Assembly (NCBI RefSeq): GCF_009914755.1
Contig: NC_060942.1
Length of the DNA stretch: 64,000 nucleotides
From: the human T2T-CHM13v2.0 reference genome, Homo sapiens
Strand: one strand, 5' to 3'
Program-made: the position numbers and the translations under genes
Notes under the pieces: model-generated
The model's database searches: none
What the model saw: only the letters and a program-made list of their open reading frames with translations
What the model was told of the DNA's origin: nothing
Shown here: piece after piece, positions 52,181 through 64,000 of the stretch
Position numbering within the stretch: the stretch's first letter is position 1
Layout: each line of letters begins with the position of its first letter

Positions 52181-53264
52181 GGAAGGCATGAATTTTCTAA
52201 AAACAGTCACTCTGTCTGCATATGTATCTATGCATGTAACATATGGCACTTGTGAATATATAGGGTTACCTTATTACCATGGGTTACCAGTGGCAACATG
52301 TGCACTGAGCTAAATCCTTCTTGGATTTTAATATTCTGTCTATGAGAGATCAGAAGATAGTGAAAATGGACTAGTCTGGCACAAACTGTATGGTATTTTA
52401 AATGGACATTTTATATGCATATATAATACAACTGGTGGAAACAGAGCAAAAGATCAAGAAAGCATCATGTATATCTCAACTGAAAAAAGAAAAAGAAATT
52501 AGGGAGTTAGCTTCTCCCTGTGCCCTACTTTCTGTGGCCATGCCTTCGGCTCTCTCTGTGACAATCCATTGAACAAGGTTCTTCTAGGCTTCTGCAGCTA
52601 GGGAGAAAGCATGTGATAAAGAACAGAGGCCATAAGTGGGCAAGAGTGTGTCTTTTCTCTGTAATGGGAATTTAAATTTAGGGAAATTACTCTGCCAGTT
52701 TGATTATTCCACTTAATAAAAAGAATTTAGCCATTTTTCATTCACAAGACTATTCAAGTACAATCCACATTTTACCTTCTTGGCCTGGGGAACAGAACTC
52801 TTCTGAATAGAGTACAGAGGGCTAAATACAATATCCCAGAAAAGTAGGAAGTACTCCTAGCAATTTGCATGCAGATAGCTCTCCATTATGCATGAGCTGC
52901 TTCTTTGGTTTCGAATGATCAGTGTCTCCGCTGTTCTTTCTTCTCCCTTCTGTTTCCACCATATTGGCATTTCACTGCTCATTAATAATTGTGGGAAGGA
53001 AAAAGAGAATGCATTAATTGAAGACTGCATCAATCAATACACAACTTTCCACTGGTGTAAAAGTCTGGTGGCATTTTTAAAAAGGTAGATATTTTTGATT
53101 AACATACCAGTGGGAGGTGGGGAGCAGGTTGTGAGTATTCTTCTCCATCATCAGAGAATGAGATAGTCATCCAGCTTTCCTGAGACATAACAAATACCCT
53201 AAATAAAAAGTTACAGTAAATAGCAATCATACACCTTTGAAATTTCTATCTTGAAGAGACATGA

Positions 53265-53637
<373 letters not shown>

Positions 53638-53949
53638 TTAAGTCTAACTCGAGTATACACACAGTATGTTCTCTGTGCATATAGAGAGGTGGATAATTGT
53701 TGTGTAATGACAGGATAGAATTAGACAAAGCACCACTTCATCAAAATATTTGATATAAACCGATCAGGTTCTACCATAACTCAAGATGCTTTCTCAGACA
53801 AACAGAGCTGCCTGTCATGTGCATTACAGAACTGCCAGTAGGCTCAAACCCTCCTGTCCATTTAAATGGATTATTTGGGGTAGACCGGCTGACCTGACTT
53901 GAGACCATTTCCACACATTCTTTGATCACCATGTGCTTCTGCTCTCACA

Positions 53950-54450
53950 TAAGAGCAAGCATCTGTACAAAGTCTACTATGTATAGGTCATAGCATGTGC
54001 TAGAAACACACAGATGTATAAAATTCCTGAAAGAGGCTATTATCCAGTTAGAGGAAAATAAATACAATACTAAGAAAGTGGAATAACAAGCAAGATAACA
54101 GACCAAGTGCCAAGAAAAAGGTACAGATATTATGTGCTAGTGAATTCAAAAGAAAGGGAGAAATTGCTAAGTATGTGTTGGAATGTTCAATGAAGGTCCT
54201 ACAGGAAGAAAGAGAATTCGAGTTAGGCTGAAAGAAGAGTTATGGAAAGAGGAGGAAGCATTTCAAGTGAGGAAAATGGCAGACTCAATATCCCAGATGC
54301 GGGAAGGGGCATGACATTTTTGGGAAAGAAGGACTCTCCAGTGCTGAGTAGAGCAGAGAGCTTGCATAGGTGATAGGTAGGGAGTGAAAAGAGGGCAGAA
54401 GTTCATGACCAGGCTAAGTTGTTGGGCTCAGTCCAATGCACAGTATCTTT
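53950..54450 (-). mobile_element. L2 fragment
   Basis: aagtctactatgtataggtcatagcatgtgctagaaacac...gagttaggctgaaaga...aagcatttcaagtgaggaaaatggca. Confidence 0.55.
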
Positions 54451-56388
54451 AAAGTGCTTGCAATGGATTTGTGGGTCTTTTATTATCTTTAAAATATCCT
54501 TTAGGTCAAAGAATGTGGCAGTGGTTAAGGAGAAATTAGTCAGTTGACTGATTGTGACTGTTCCCTGTACTAAATCTTAAAACAGGCCCACAGAGCACTG
54601 TTTTGCAGACTATCAGGCCCTAAAAGGGAGAGCCAAGATTCACACCCTCGTTCGTTATGTTCAGAGTGCAAACCTAACCACTACTTGTACCATCGAGGTA
54701 TGATAGTTATAGAAGTTTGAGTGGAAAGAACCATGGCAGGGATTATGTTATATGAAAAATGATATTTCATCTTTTCATTATTATTAATAACCATGGTGAT
54801 CGTCCTGCTACCTCCTGTCTGAGCTTTCCAGTCTTCAGCGGGCTTTCAAGTACATCATACCTCTTGATCCTCACAACAGCTCTGTTAAGTAGGCAAGAAT
54901 TTTAAATTATAAAGTTATTTCTGGGTTCCCAATTATCTGTGCAATTAATCCTGGTTACATATGCAGTGCTTTCATTTGTATTGTCGTAAAAATTATAATG
55001 AACAGTTTGCCCTTCTTTTTTTTTCCAAAATAGTTTAAAATTCAGGACAGGTTGTTGAAATTCTCTCCAAAAGCGTGGGCTTATTTTAGCATTGCATTTT
55101 TCTCAGATTAAGAACCTCGGTTCCACATCAAAATAAAAGCTTGGATGCCACAAAGAATCATTTAGGACAAGGCACTGCATCTTTAGCATTCCTTAATTAT
55201 GACCAGATAAAGCGATGCACTTGGAAATCTTTGGGGAATAGGCAGGTGATCTGCTACATGTGTTTATTTATCTAGAATGATTTAACAATTTACAACCATA
55301 TCAACTCTGGTCTGCCTGTCGTGGGGCATTTTCCAGGACTCTTTGATTTGGTCCACATCAGATTTTCCTTTCACATCAACTTATCCTGCAAGCAGTATAC
55401 TTTTGTTTTCCTTGTTGCTGAGCCAAAACTTGTCCATACCTCTTGAGTAAATTAAAGATAATGCTGTAAAATGCATGCTTAAAATTCCAGTCTGCCACAG
55501 ACTAACTTCATTGGTATGAAACTCAGACCCCCTCTTATTAAACACTGTTAAATATTCTCTTCATTTTCAAGACAAATATGAACAGAAACACAACTAAATA
55601 TGTACTGTATTAAAATCATTGATTCACAATATTTAAATTTTCAGCTAGCCTCCAATTAGCAGGCTTTCCAATATTTGAACAGAAGACCATTTTAATGTAA
55701 TTACAAACACATTTTAGGCATCTAAATTTTTTGCATAATTAGTTCCCTATTAAACTATTTATGTAGCCCTTTTTCCATCAGAAACAGAGAAAGCAGAACA
55801 ATTTTATTCCTTACTGTTACAATAATTAACTATGCAAGTAGAACAGCATATTAATAGAGTATAATTTGTTTACATTTAAAAGAAAATTGTGTTAGATTAG
55901 CATAGCAAAAGACTATTTCCATATCCAGGCAGTAATATGCAGGCCTAATAGCAATTTACAGTGTAGTTAAAGAATATTATTAATAAAGTAATATAGCGTA
56001 ATTCTGTTTGCCCCACCATATTTCACAATGTCCTTAATTACAGCTAATTCCATCGAGACTAATTTGGGTGTTATTAAGCAGTAGACACAGGAATCTTAAA
56101 TATAACCTTTGCTAATAATGAATTTAAAAGTTACCATAGAACTTGTTCTTGTAAAATGTAGGTAGAAGATGAGTATTTGTATTTTCTCCCCAGGGTAAAA
56201 TCTATAAACATACACAGAATGTAATTGAGATCTGAAAACAAACTTTTCTTGATCCAATGTATTGTTCTTCACTCAATGAGAGGTTTATCGGAAATAAATA
56301 CAGTGCAGGTGAGATGGGAATTAAGTGACAATTTGGAGTGGCAATATAGAATTATCTTAGGTGAAAATTCTGCTTATTAAAAGCTTGA

Positions 56389-56711
<323 letters not shown>

Positions 56712-56989
56712 TAAACTCCATGATGTGTTAATATTTTTCCTTAAGGGAAATTAATAATAATACCTCTTACTAAAGATCACATTTTACTTGGCACTGTCTA
56801 GCCAATCGTGTTATTTTTTCAGTTGAAGAAAGTCAAGCTATTAATAAGTGAAAATTTTCACCAAAGAGAATTCTAGGTTACCAGTACAAATTGTCACCTA
56901 CTTGCCATCATGTACCCCATCTCACCTTCAGTGTGTTAATAATTAACCTCTCCGTGAGTGGATGAAAATACACTGGACTCAGAAAAACT

Positions 56990-57190
56990 GGGTGCTATAC
57001 AGGCATTATCATCAGTCCTCAAAGCAACCCTTGTAAGGTAGGAAATATTGTGTCTCTTTTTCTAGATGAGGAAACTGAGTCTCAGAAAGTTTAAGGGATT
57101 TCTAGAGGCCAAGAAACTAGGAAAAAGTCAGTGAAGTTTCTAACCAAGACCTACTGTGGCTTCAAAGTTCAGACTTTACAGACACAATGC
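56990..57190 (-). mobile_element. MIR
   Basis: tagatgaggaaactgagtctcagaaagtttaag is the MIR core. Confidence 0.75.
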
Positions 57191-57965
57191 TGTTTCTTTT
57201 TTAGGATGTATACCTTTGATCTATTCCAAAGTGGGCTGAAAAAAAATTCCTTAGGCTTTGTTGCCTTTTTGGGAGCACTACAGTGTGCTCTCTCTGTTTT
57301 GAATTAAGCTTCGATGTGGAACTAGATAATGATGACTATTTCTATTTTCTATGACACCTGTGTAAAAATCGGTACAGGCAAACAATATGATAATGTTCCA
57401 ATTTCTCCTCTAATATGCCTGCCTATATATATTTTTTTTGAAAGAAAAACTGGGATGTTAAATGTGAGTGAAATAGCTCTGGCTAGAATTCTGAGTAGTA
57501 TGAATTCCAGTCTGCCGTTTGTCTTCTGGCTAATTCAAGATTCAGAATTGGTCATTAATAATATTTGAAAAGTAAAGGCCTGACACTGATAATATTTGAA
57601 AATTATTGGGTGTTTAATAGACACAGAGCAACAAATACTTAATTTTCAGGTTGCTAGTGAACATGCTTGAGGTTTAGCTCTTTATTTTCAGACTTGGCTT
57701 GTGTTCCCTATCACCTGATCCTTTTTTACATTTTGTAAATTAGAATGGTGCTACCCTTTTGTGCATCTCTAAGGGTGATATGAAAATTGGTTTACCTTTC
57801 TTTAGTGGACACTACTAATTAAGTGGTAAGGGACCTATAGGTAGGCTAGATGGTGAGGCAAAGCTGCTCTGGGATGAGGCCACTAGCTCTGGGGTCAGAG
57901 GCCCAAGACCTTGGCTCTGCCACTTACTAGCTATGTGAACTTGAGCAAGTCACAATCTCCTAGAG

Positions 57966-58173
57966 CAGTGCTATCCAATGGAGCTTTCTGCTGTAATGGA
58001 AATGCTCTATATCTGTGCTATTCAATATGTTAACCATGGCACCTATGTGGCTACTGAGTACTTGAAATATAGCTAGTATAATAGAGAAGCAGAATTCAAA
58101 CTTTTATTTAATCTTAGTAATTTAAATTTAAATAGCCTCATATGGCTAATGGCTAACTTATTGGAGAGTGTAG
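57966..58173. mobile_element. MER3 nested in a plus-strand MIR (~57870-58330)
   Basis: cagtgctatccaatggagctttctgctgtaatggaaatg... The MIR left half ggctctgccacttactagctatgtgaacttgagcaagtcac precedes it. Confidence 0.8.
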
Positions 58174-58702
58174 TCTTGGAGCACCAATCACCATGCTCAT
58201 AAATTAGTGATAAAAATGATTTCTTGCAATACTTCAGAGTATAGCTGTGGGCTTAAATAAGATCATATAAGTAATGTGATTTGTGAACTCTAAGGCATTC
58301 CTCAAGTATAAGTCATTAACATAATATTAATGATAATAATGATATCAGTAATGGTCACTGCTTGTACATAGGGCACAAAATAGAAAATCTGAAGTTACCA
58401 AGCTTGAACTTTAGAACTGGCTTCTACTTTTCTCCTTTCCATAGTTGTGTTGATCTGTGATCCACACTTCCTAGGGGCAGATGGCAGTCATTGCAAGCTT
58501 ATTTACATGTACTGTGGGGGGACCAAAGTAGATAAAAAGACAGGGAGTCCAGAGAATTAGATTCTAATTGTAACTCTGCCATTGACTAAGTGTGTAATCT
58601 TGGCTTCCACTAAAGCTCCAGGAGCAAATTTTCTATAAGCATTGACCAAGAAAGTTCTCCTAATGGTTTGCAGGCTCATAAAATGTTATCAAAAAAGGGA
58701 TC

Positions 58703-58750
58703 CCAGAGGTTATCTTAACCAGAGGTTATCTTAACCCAGAGGTTATCTTA
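58703..58750. repeat. Tandem triplication of a 16-17 bp unit, ccagaggttatcttaa
   Basis: Three copies start at 58703, 58719 and 58736. Confidence 0.95.
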
Positions 58751-59644
58751 TCCTTTTCTTTTTCTAGGCAAGAACGGTGAAGGCTACAGATAGTAAATGA
58801 CTTGCCCAAGATCACTCGACTAGGTGGTGGGAGACTCAGGCCTGTGATGCAGGTCTCTGTCTCCTTGAAACTGTACTCCAGGCTGTCACTGTCTGCTATC
58901 AAGGCGGGCGGGTGGGGGGGGCAGGGGTGCGGGGAGAGCCACTGTTTAATGCCATTGAAGATAGATAGTCAATTGGTTATCACAGATCCCCACTGGACTT
59001 AATCACACTTCTATAAGAGCTGTGTAAACCCTTCTGTAATTAGCTTAGCACCATGAGGTAGATTCGTTCATGGAGCACACATTCCATTAACTAGCTGTGC
59101 AACTCTGCTTCCACATTTGTAAAAGAATGGGGCCGGAAAAGTCAATCTCCAAGGTCCTATCCGGCTCTGAAATGCTGTAGTTCTAAAACCCATGCACTGA
59201 ATTTTTAAAAATTGTAAATGAAGTTTTGCTTTATTTATGACAGTAGTTCCTACGAATATCTGAAGAGCAAAGATGCATACATGTGTGAGTCATATTATTC
59301 TGTCTGCAGATATTATTCGGTGAACATATGGATCTGCAGACTTCTTGTGAAAACTCCATAGTTTTGGAAGGGCCTGGAATCTCCAGGTTCATGTTGCTGG
59401 TCTAGAGAGGCATTGTTCTCTGGGGTCTAACATGGAATCAACCAAGGTTTTATTTTTTGGAGTATCTGACATGTTTCTGTCCTTTCCCCCCCGCCCCCCA
59501 GCTGATTGTTAGAGCTCCCAATCATGATTCTACATTTTTAATTTAAAAATTTTGAATATATACTACATGCACAATACAATATTTAGAGTTGTATAAAAGG
59601 GGACATGATAAAAAGATACTCTTCCCCCAGGTACCACTTTTAAC

Positions 59645-59760
59645 AGTGGGACCGCCAACCATCACATCTACCCTGTACTGAGGGGTCTTCTGGGAAATGG
59701 AAGGTTCAGTGCTAAAACTGAGAAAAATTTCAAGTAAACCAGAGCAAATGTGTCACCTTG
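59645..59760 (+). mobile_element. MER81-like MITE
   Basis: actgaggggtcttctgggaaatggaaggttcagtgctaaaactgagaaa...gtcacctt. Confidence 0.6.
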
Positions 59761-60529
59761 CCAGGTTTCCTGATGCACCCAATTCCTGACTGATGACCCA
59801 GCAACAGTCTTAGCAGTTGCCCCGACATGGAATTTCAATGGGCACGAAGCAGCCAGTGTTCAACATTTTTCTCAATGACATCTGAAATAAATAAAACTCA
59901 CCACTCCAAAGGAAAACATCTCAAAGCCTTTGAATATTTCATATTCTATAGGTTTTGGAGGAAAGGGGATAGGTGTTAAAAACCAGACCAACTTATTCAA
60001 AAGAAATAGAATCAATACGGCAACTACAATTGTCCAACTAGTGATCTCTAAAGAGTTGGGAAGATTTTATGCATGAGAATACATTATTACTTGATGAAAC
60101 CAGCCTCCTAAAGAAAAATCATGTGACTCATTTAAAACTCATTTGTTGAAAGGCTTGAAAATGGACTAAAATTGACTTCTGCTTTTAGTAACACTGAATA
60201 ATGGAATTAAATAAGGATCTCGAGTTGACAGGGCAAAAAACCAATATAACCTAATCACTCCTTTCCATTTTAAATTTCCATAATTTTATGTTTGGGAATA
60301 ATGGTAATGCTTTCCATTTCTGAGGGGTGAGCAGCTCATTCTAGAATGTGAATGATGTACATTCCTTAATATTTTTCTCCAAAATTAAGTTTCTATTTAC
60401 CTTTATAAAATTTCATATATAATGTTTTTCAAAATATTCCTCTCTTTTATTGAAAAGAACACAAAATTTTGTTTTTCCCTTAAACCATCTTATTTGAATC
60501 ACCATATATTCATGGAGTAGCTATGATGT

Positions 60530-61560
60530 TTAAGGGACTATTCAGAGTGCTGTAGGAAATACTAAAAATGATTAAGAGATTCCCTGCCCTCAAGGAGCTT
60601 AAATTCAGGTGCAGTAAGTACCCAAACAGCCATAGGAGCAGGCAACATAAAATAATTGTCATAAAGAAAGTTTAATAAGGAAGGGCTAGTACATCTAATT
60701 GATGAGTAGGAACAACTTTAAAAATGGAAATAACAATGGAAAAGGATCTTGATAATGAGTAGAATGTCGATGATTCAAAGCATTAAACTTTAGGTTCAGG
60801 GGACTGTGTGATAAGTATTGTTGGACTGCAGTGTCTGGTGTATAGAGAGGGTCAAAAATAAGTTGGAGCTATTTGAGCAGACCAAGGACAATAGGAAGAG
60901 TTAGCGATTAAATTCCTTAGTCAATGGGGAGTAAATGCAGATTTCAGAGCAGAGGCATGATATGCTCAGACCTGCATTTCACGGTTTTTCCCGGGCACTG
61001 GTTTATAGCATGAACAGGATGAAAAGAGCGTAGTAGAGATGGAGACCAGGAGAGAAGATGAGAAGTGTCAAGAACCGCTGGGCATGACGGATCATAACTG
61101 TAATCTCAGCACTTTGGGAGGCCGAGGCGGGTGGATCACTTGAGGTCAGGAATTCGAGACCAGCCTGGCCAACATGGTAAAACCCCTTCTCTACTAAAAA
61201 TACAAACATTAGCCGAACATGGTGGTGGGTTCCTGTAATCCTAGTTACTCAGGAAGCTGAGGCAGGAGAATCACTTGAACCTGGGAGGCAGAGGTTGCAG
61301 TGAGCTGAGATCACACCATTTCACTCCAGCCTGGGTGACAAGAGTGAGACTCTGTCTCAAAAACAAAACAAAACAAACAAACAAACAAACAGAAGTGATG
61401 AGAGCCTCAACAAAGGTAATAGGAACAAAAAGGAGGAAACACACTTAAGAGGAATGTGGTTAAAAATCTTCATAACTTGGAGCGCCTGAGTAACAGGAAG
61501 TCAAAGGTGACTCAGGTTGAACCTTGACAAGGGGGATTTAAATTGGTGCTAAAAAAGCAG
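60530..61560 (-). mobile_element. L2 fragment interrupted by an Alu
   Basis: ccctgccctcaaggagcttaaattc...gagcagaggcatgatatgctcagacctgcattt...ggaagtcaaaggtgactc. Confidence 0.6.
61076..61390 (+). mobile_element. AluS (Sz/Sq-like) with (CAAA)n tail
   Basis: ggatcacttgaggtcaggaattcgagaccagcctggccaacatgg. agaagtg occurs in both flanks. Confidence 0.95.
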
Positions 61561-64000
61561 AAATGGGGGAGAAAGATGAAACGTTGGATCTTCTTGGTAA
61601 TTATTTCCATTTGTATTACTTGATGTTGATATTTTCCTTCACATTTTTTCTAGCTAATGTTATGCCATCTCTAATTTTTAAAAGATTTCCTTTTCTTTTA
61701 AATAGATTTTCAGCCCCTTGAAGCTAATTTTTATTGTGGACTTTCTTACTGCTTAGTACTGCATGGACACTTGGTAGTACAAGCTACACAGAGTCTAGAT
61801 TTACATTGTCCTAGATTGTACTAATTGTGAGCTCTTTCAGTCTTTCTTTTACTCCAAGCAAAATATCAAATAGCTTTTCAAAATGTCGATAGGGTAGTTA
61901 GGGGAAGAACAGCAATCACAGATTTTAATATAAAAATTGGCATTATACTCCCAACTTTGTTTAATCAGAAAGAACTGTTATCTAATGGTGCTTTGCACTG
62001 GCTTCACGTCACCCTCATTGCCTTAGATATCTCCTGAGCTGTTGATGCTACTAGATCCAACTCTCTAGAACAAGTCAAAATGCGGAGGCTTTCCAAGAGG
62101 CTTGGGAATGTAAATGCTTTTATTTTCTCCCTCTCTTAGATTGGTAAATATTCCATCAGCTTGATAGCAAAAGTGTTGTCCCAAATAAAGACAGAGGCTA
62201 TTCCCTAACTGCAGCTATTATAGCTGAAATCTTCTCAGTCACAATGGTGGCTGACTTAGTCAAATTAGGTGTTTGTCATTCTTTGCCTGGCTAGCAGGAA
62301 ATTAAGTTTCAGTGAAGCATTTGGGTCACACCCTTAGTATCTAAGAATGATCTCCTCATAAGTTTACAGTATTCAGTTGCTCTGGGGCATTACCTTTTGA
62401 TTACTTTTTTCATAGAGTGAACATGTTTAAGTCAGCTTTAATATTTTACACAGCTGTTCCAGTTTCAAGATCAGCATCGTTTTGAGTCACGTGGCAACCC
62501 TGGCAAAGTCTCCCGTAATGTCAGAGGAGAATCTGGAAAAAATTGTCTGAATGTTTTCTCAAAAGTAATCAGTTTTATTTCTTCAAGTGGGCATTGTTTT
62601 CACTGTAAAATAGTATCCAGCCCTGACAGGCGTTAAGTGGTGGTGGCTGCCTAATCTTAAATGGAAGCAACAAAATGAATCTGCCTCCAAAAGAATGCCT
62701 TTCTACCAACGTGTTTTTCTCATTCACTTTTTTCTTTCCTTTCACTGATGACTTTCCAGCTGTTCATCGGGTCAGGCATAGTTCTTGCCTGTTTTTCTTT
62801 GTAGGCTGTTGACTCTCTGAGACTCACATTTTGGTGGCATACTCTTTTTTTTTTCCTTTGGTATGTTCTCTGACATTTCAACATGCTAAGAAAAGCATTC
62901 TACAATTTCCACCTGGGGCAAACTTGGAACATTTCATTCTAAAGTTCTGCTATTTCTAGTTAGTCAAATGATTTTAGAAGAATTTGAATAAGAGTAAAAA
63001 TCACAGATTGATTGCAGAACCAGCACATCACTTGATTGCTTCTCTCCATTTATATTTTCCAGCTCACACCTGAATTCCATATGGTTTTCACGGCCATTTA
63101 ATAAAATTTGAAAAATTGCTTTCTCTCTCCTCCCCTCTCCCCCAAAGAGAAAACTACCCAAAGAGAAAAATCAGTAGCCCTATGTACCATTCATCCATTC
63201 ATTTCATCTTTTGTTGATTTTATAGGAAAGAAGCTATATGAGTGCTTAGCTTTAACTTTATAATTAAAATTCAGAATATGGTACAATTATCTCTGTGTTG
63301 TGTTAATGCACATGTCTGTGGTTTTTCAGGTAATCGATCATTTAAATTTGACAACCGTGATCAATTCCAAAAATATTTGTACTCTCCATTTCCCTACTTA
63401 TTTCCCATATTCCTCTGTCCCTGAAAAACAGTCTGTTGTTATAAAGGAGAACCCATATGAGCATTTGGAACCCTCCTACCCTGAGGGTGATTGGGAAGTC
63501 TGTACTTTCATTTTTATTTTACTTTTTTGTACTTTGCACTTTACAGTGTGATTCAAAGTTGCCGAGTCAAATGTAATCTTTGTGCTTACAAGTAAATTCA
63601 ACAGCTTGCTACTGTTTGTCACAATTTTCATTTGGGCCCTTAGAATCTTGCTTTCTTTTTGTAAAAGCCACATTTTGCATTCATAAACCATTGCATGTTG
63701 CTCATTTAACCCTGTTCCCACGCTCCACTCCAAATGCATTACTGAGTGACCCCGCATGTCAGCACTATAGCATTGTACAGTAAATAGAGTGTTTTGCTTC
63801 ATAAATCAAGCATAGAACTTATAGCCAACTTCAGCATAAAAAAGTCACTGAAATAATATGGCCCAGCTGCAGGAGAGAGACATTGTATTCATAAAGCTAG
63901 CCTTAAATTACTGACATTTAAATCCAGATTTGACAAAGCTAAGACTATTTTGGAGGATTCTGAGTAATCCTCATGAAATTCCAAATTTTTCTTTTGTTGT

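Noticed and set aside
58703-58750. CRISPR-like direct repeats
   Set aside because: Head-to-tail repeats without spacers in primate DNA; a simple tandem duplication.
62805-63329. Plus-strand exon candidates 62805-62860 and 63226-63329
   Set aside because: The splice signals are plausible, but such pairs are common in T-rich DNA, so they are not listed as features without transcript support.

Overview
AT-rich hominoid (human-like) intronic or intergenic DNA. I found no recognisable host protein-coding gene, tRNA, rRNA or miRNA, and I could not name the locus. The largest feature is a full-length (~6.03 kb) minus-strand L1PA2/L1PA3-type LINE-1 at 42182-48211 with a perfect 16-bp target-site duplication (TSD). 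Its ORF1 and ORF2 are disabled, but its 5'UTR promoter motifs and antisense ORF0 are intact. Most of the rest is the usual mix of Alu, MIR, L2, old L1, MLT1 and MER66 LTRs, and hAT DNA transposons. The exception is an ~11.5 kb block (~12.2-23.7 kb) where I recognise no transposons. It retains CpGs and carries an RFX X-box, a CTCF-like motif, a microsatellite cluster and good splice signals on both strands, consistent with a constrained regulatory or lncRNA locus. I see no evidence for a wholly new biological system. Repeat family names and many boundaries come from recalled consensus sequences and are approximate. Exon and motif calls are unverified predictions.
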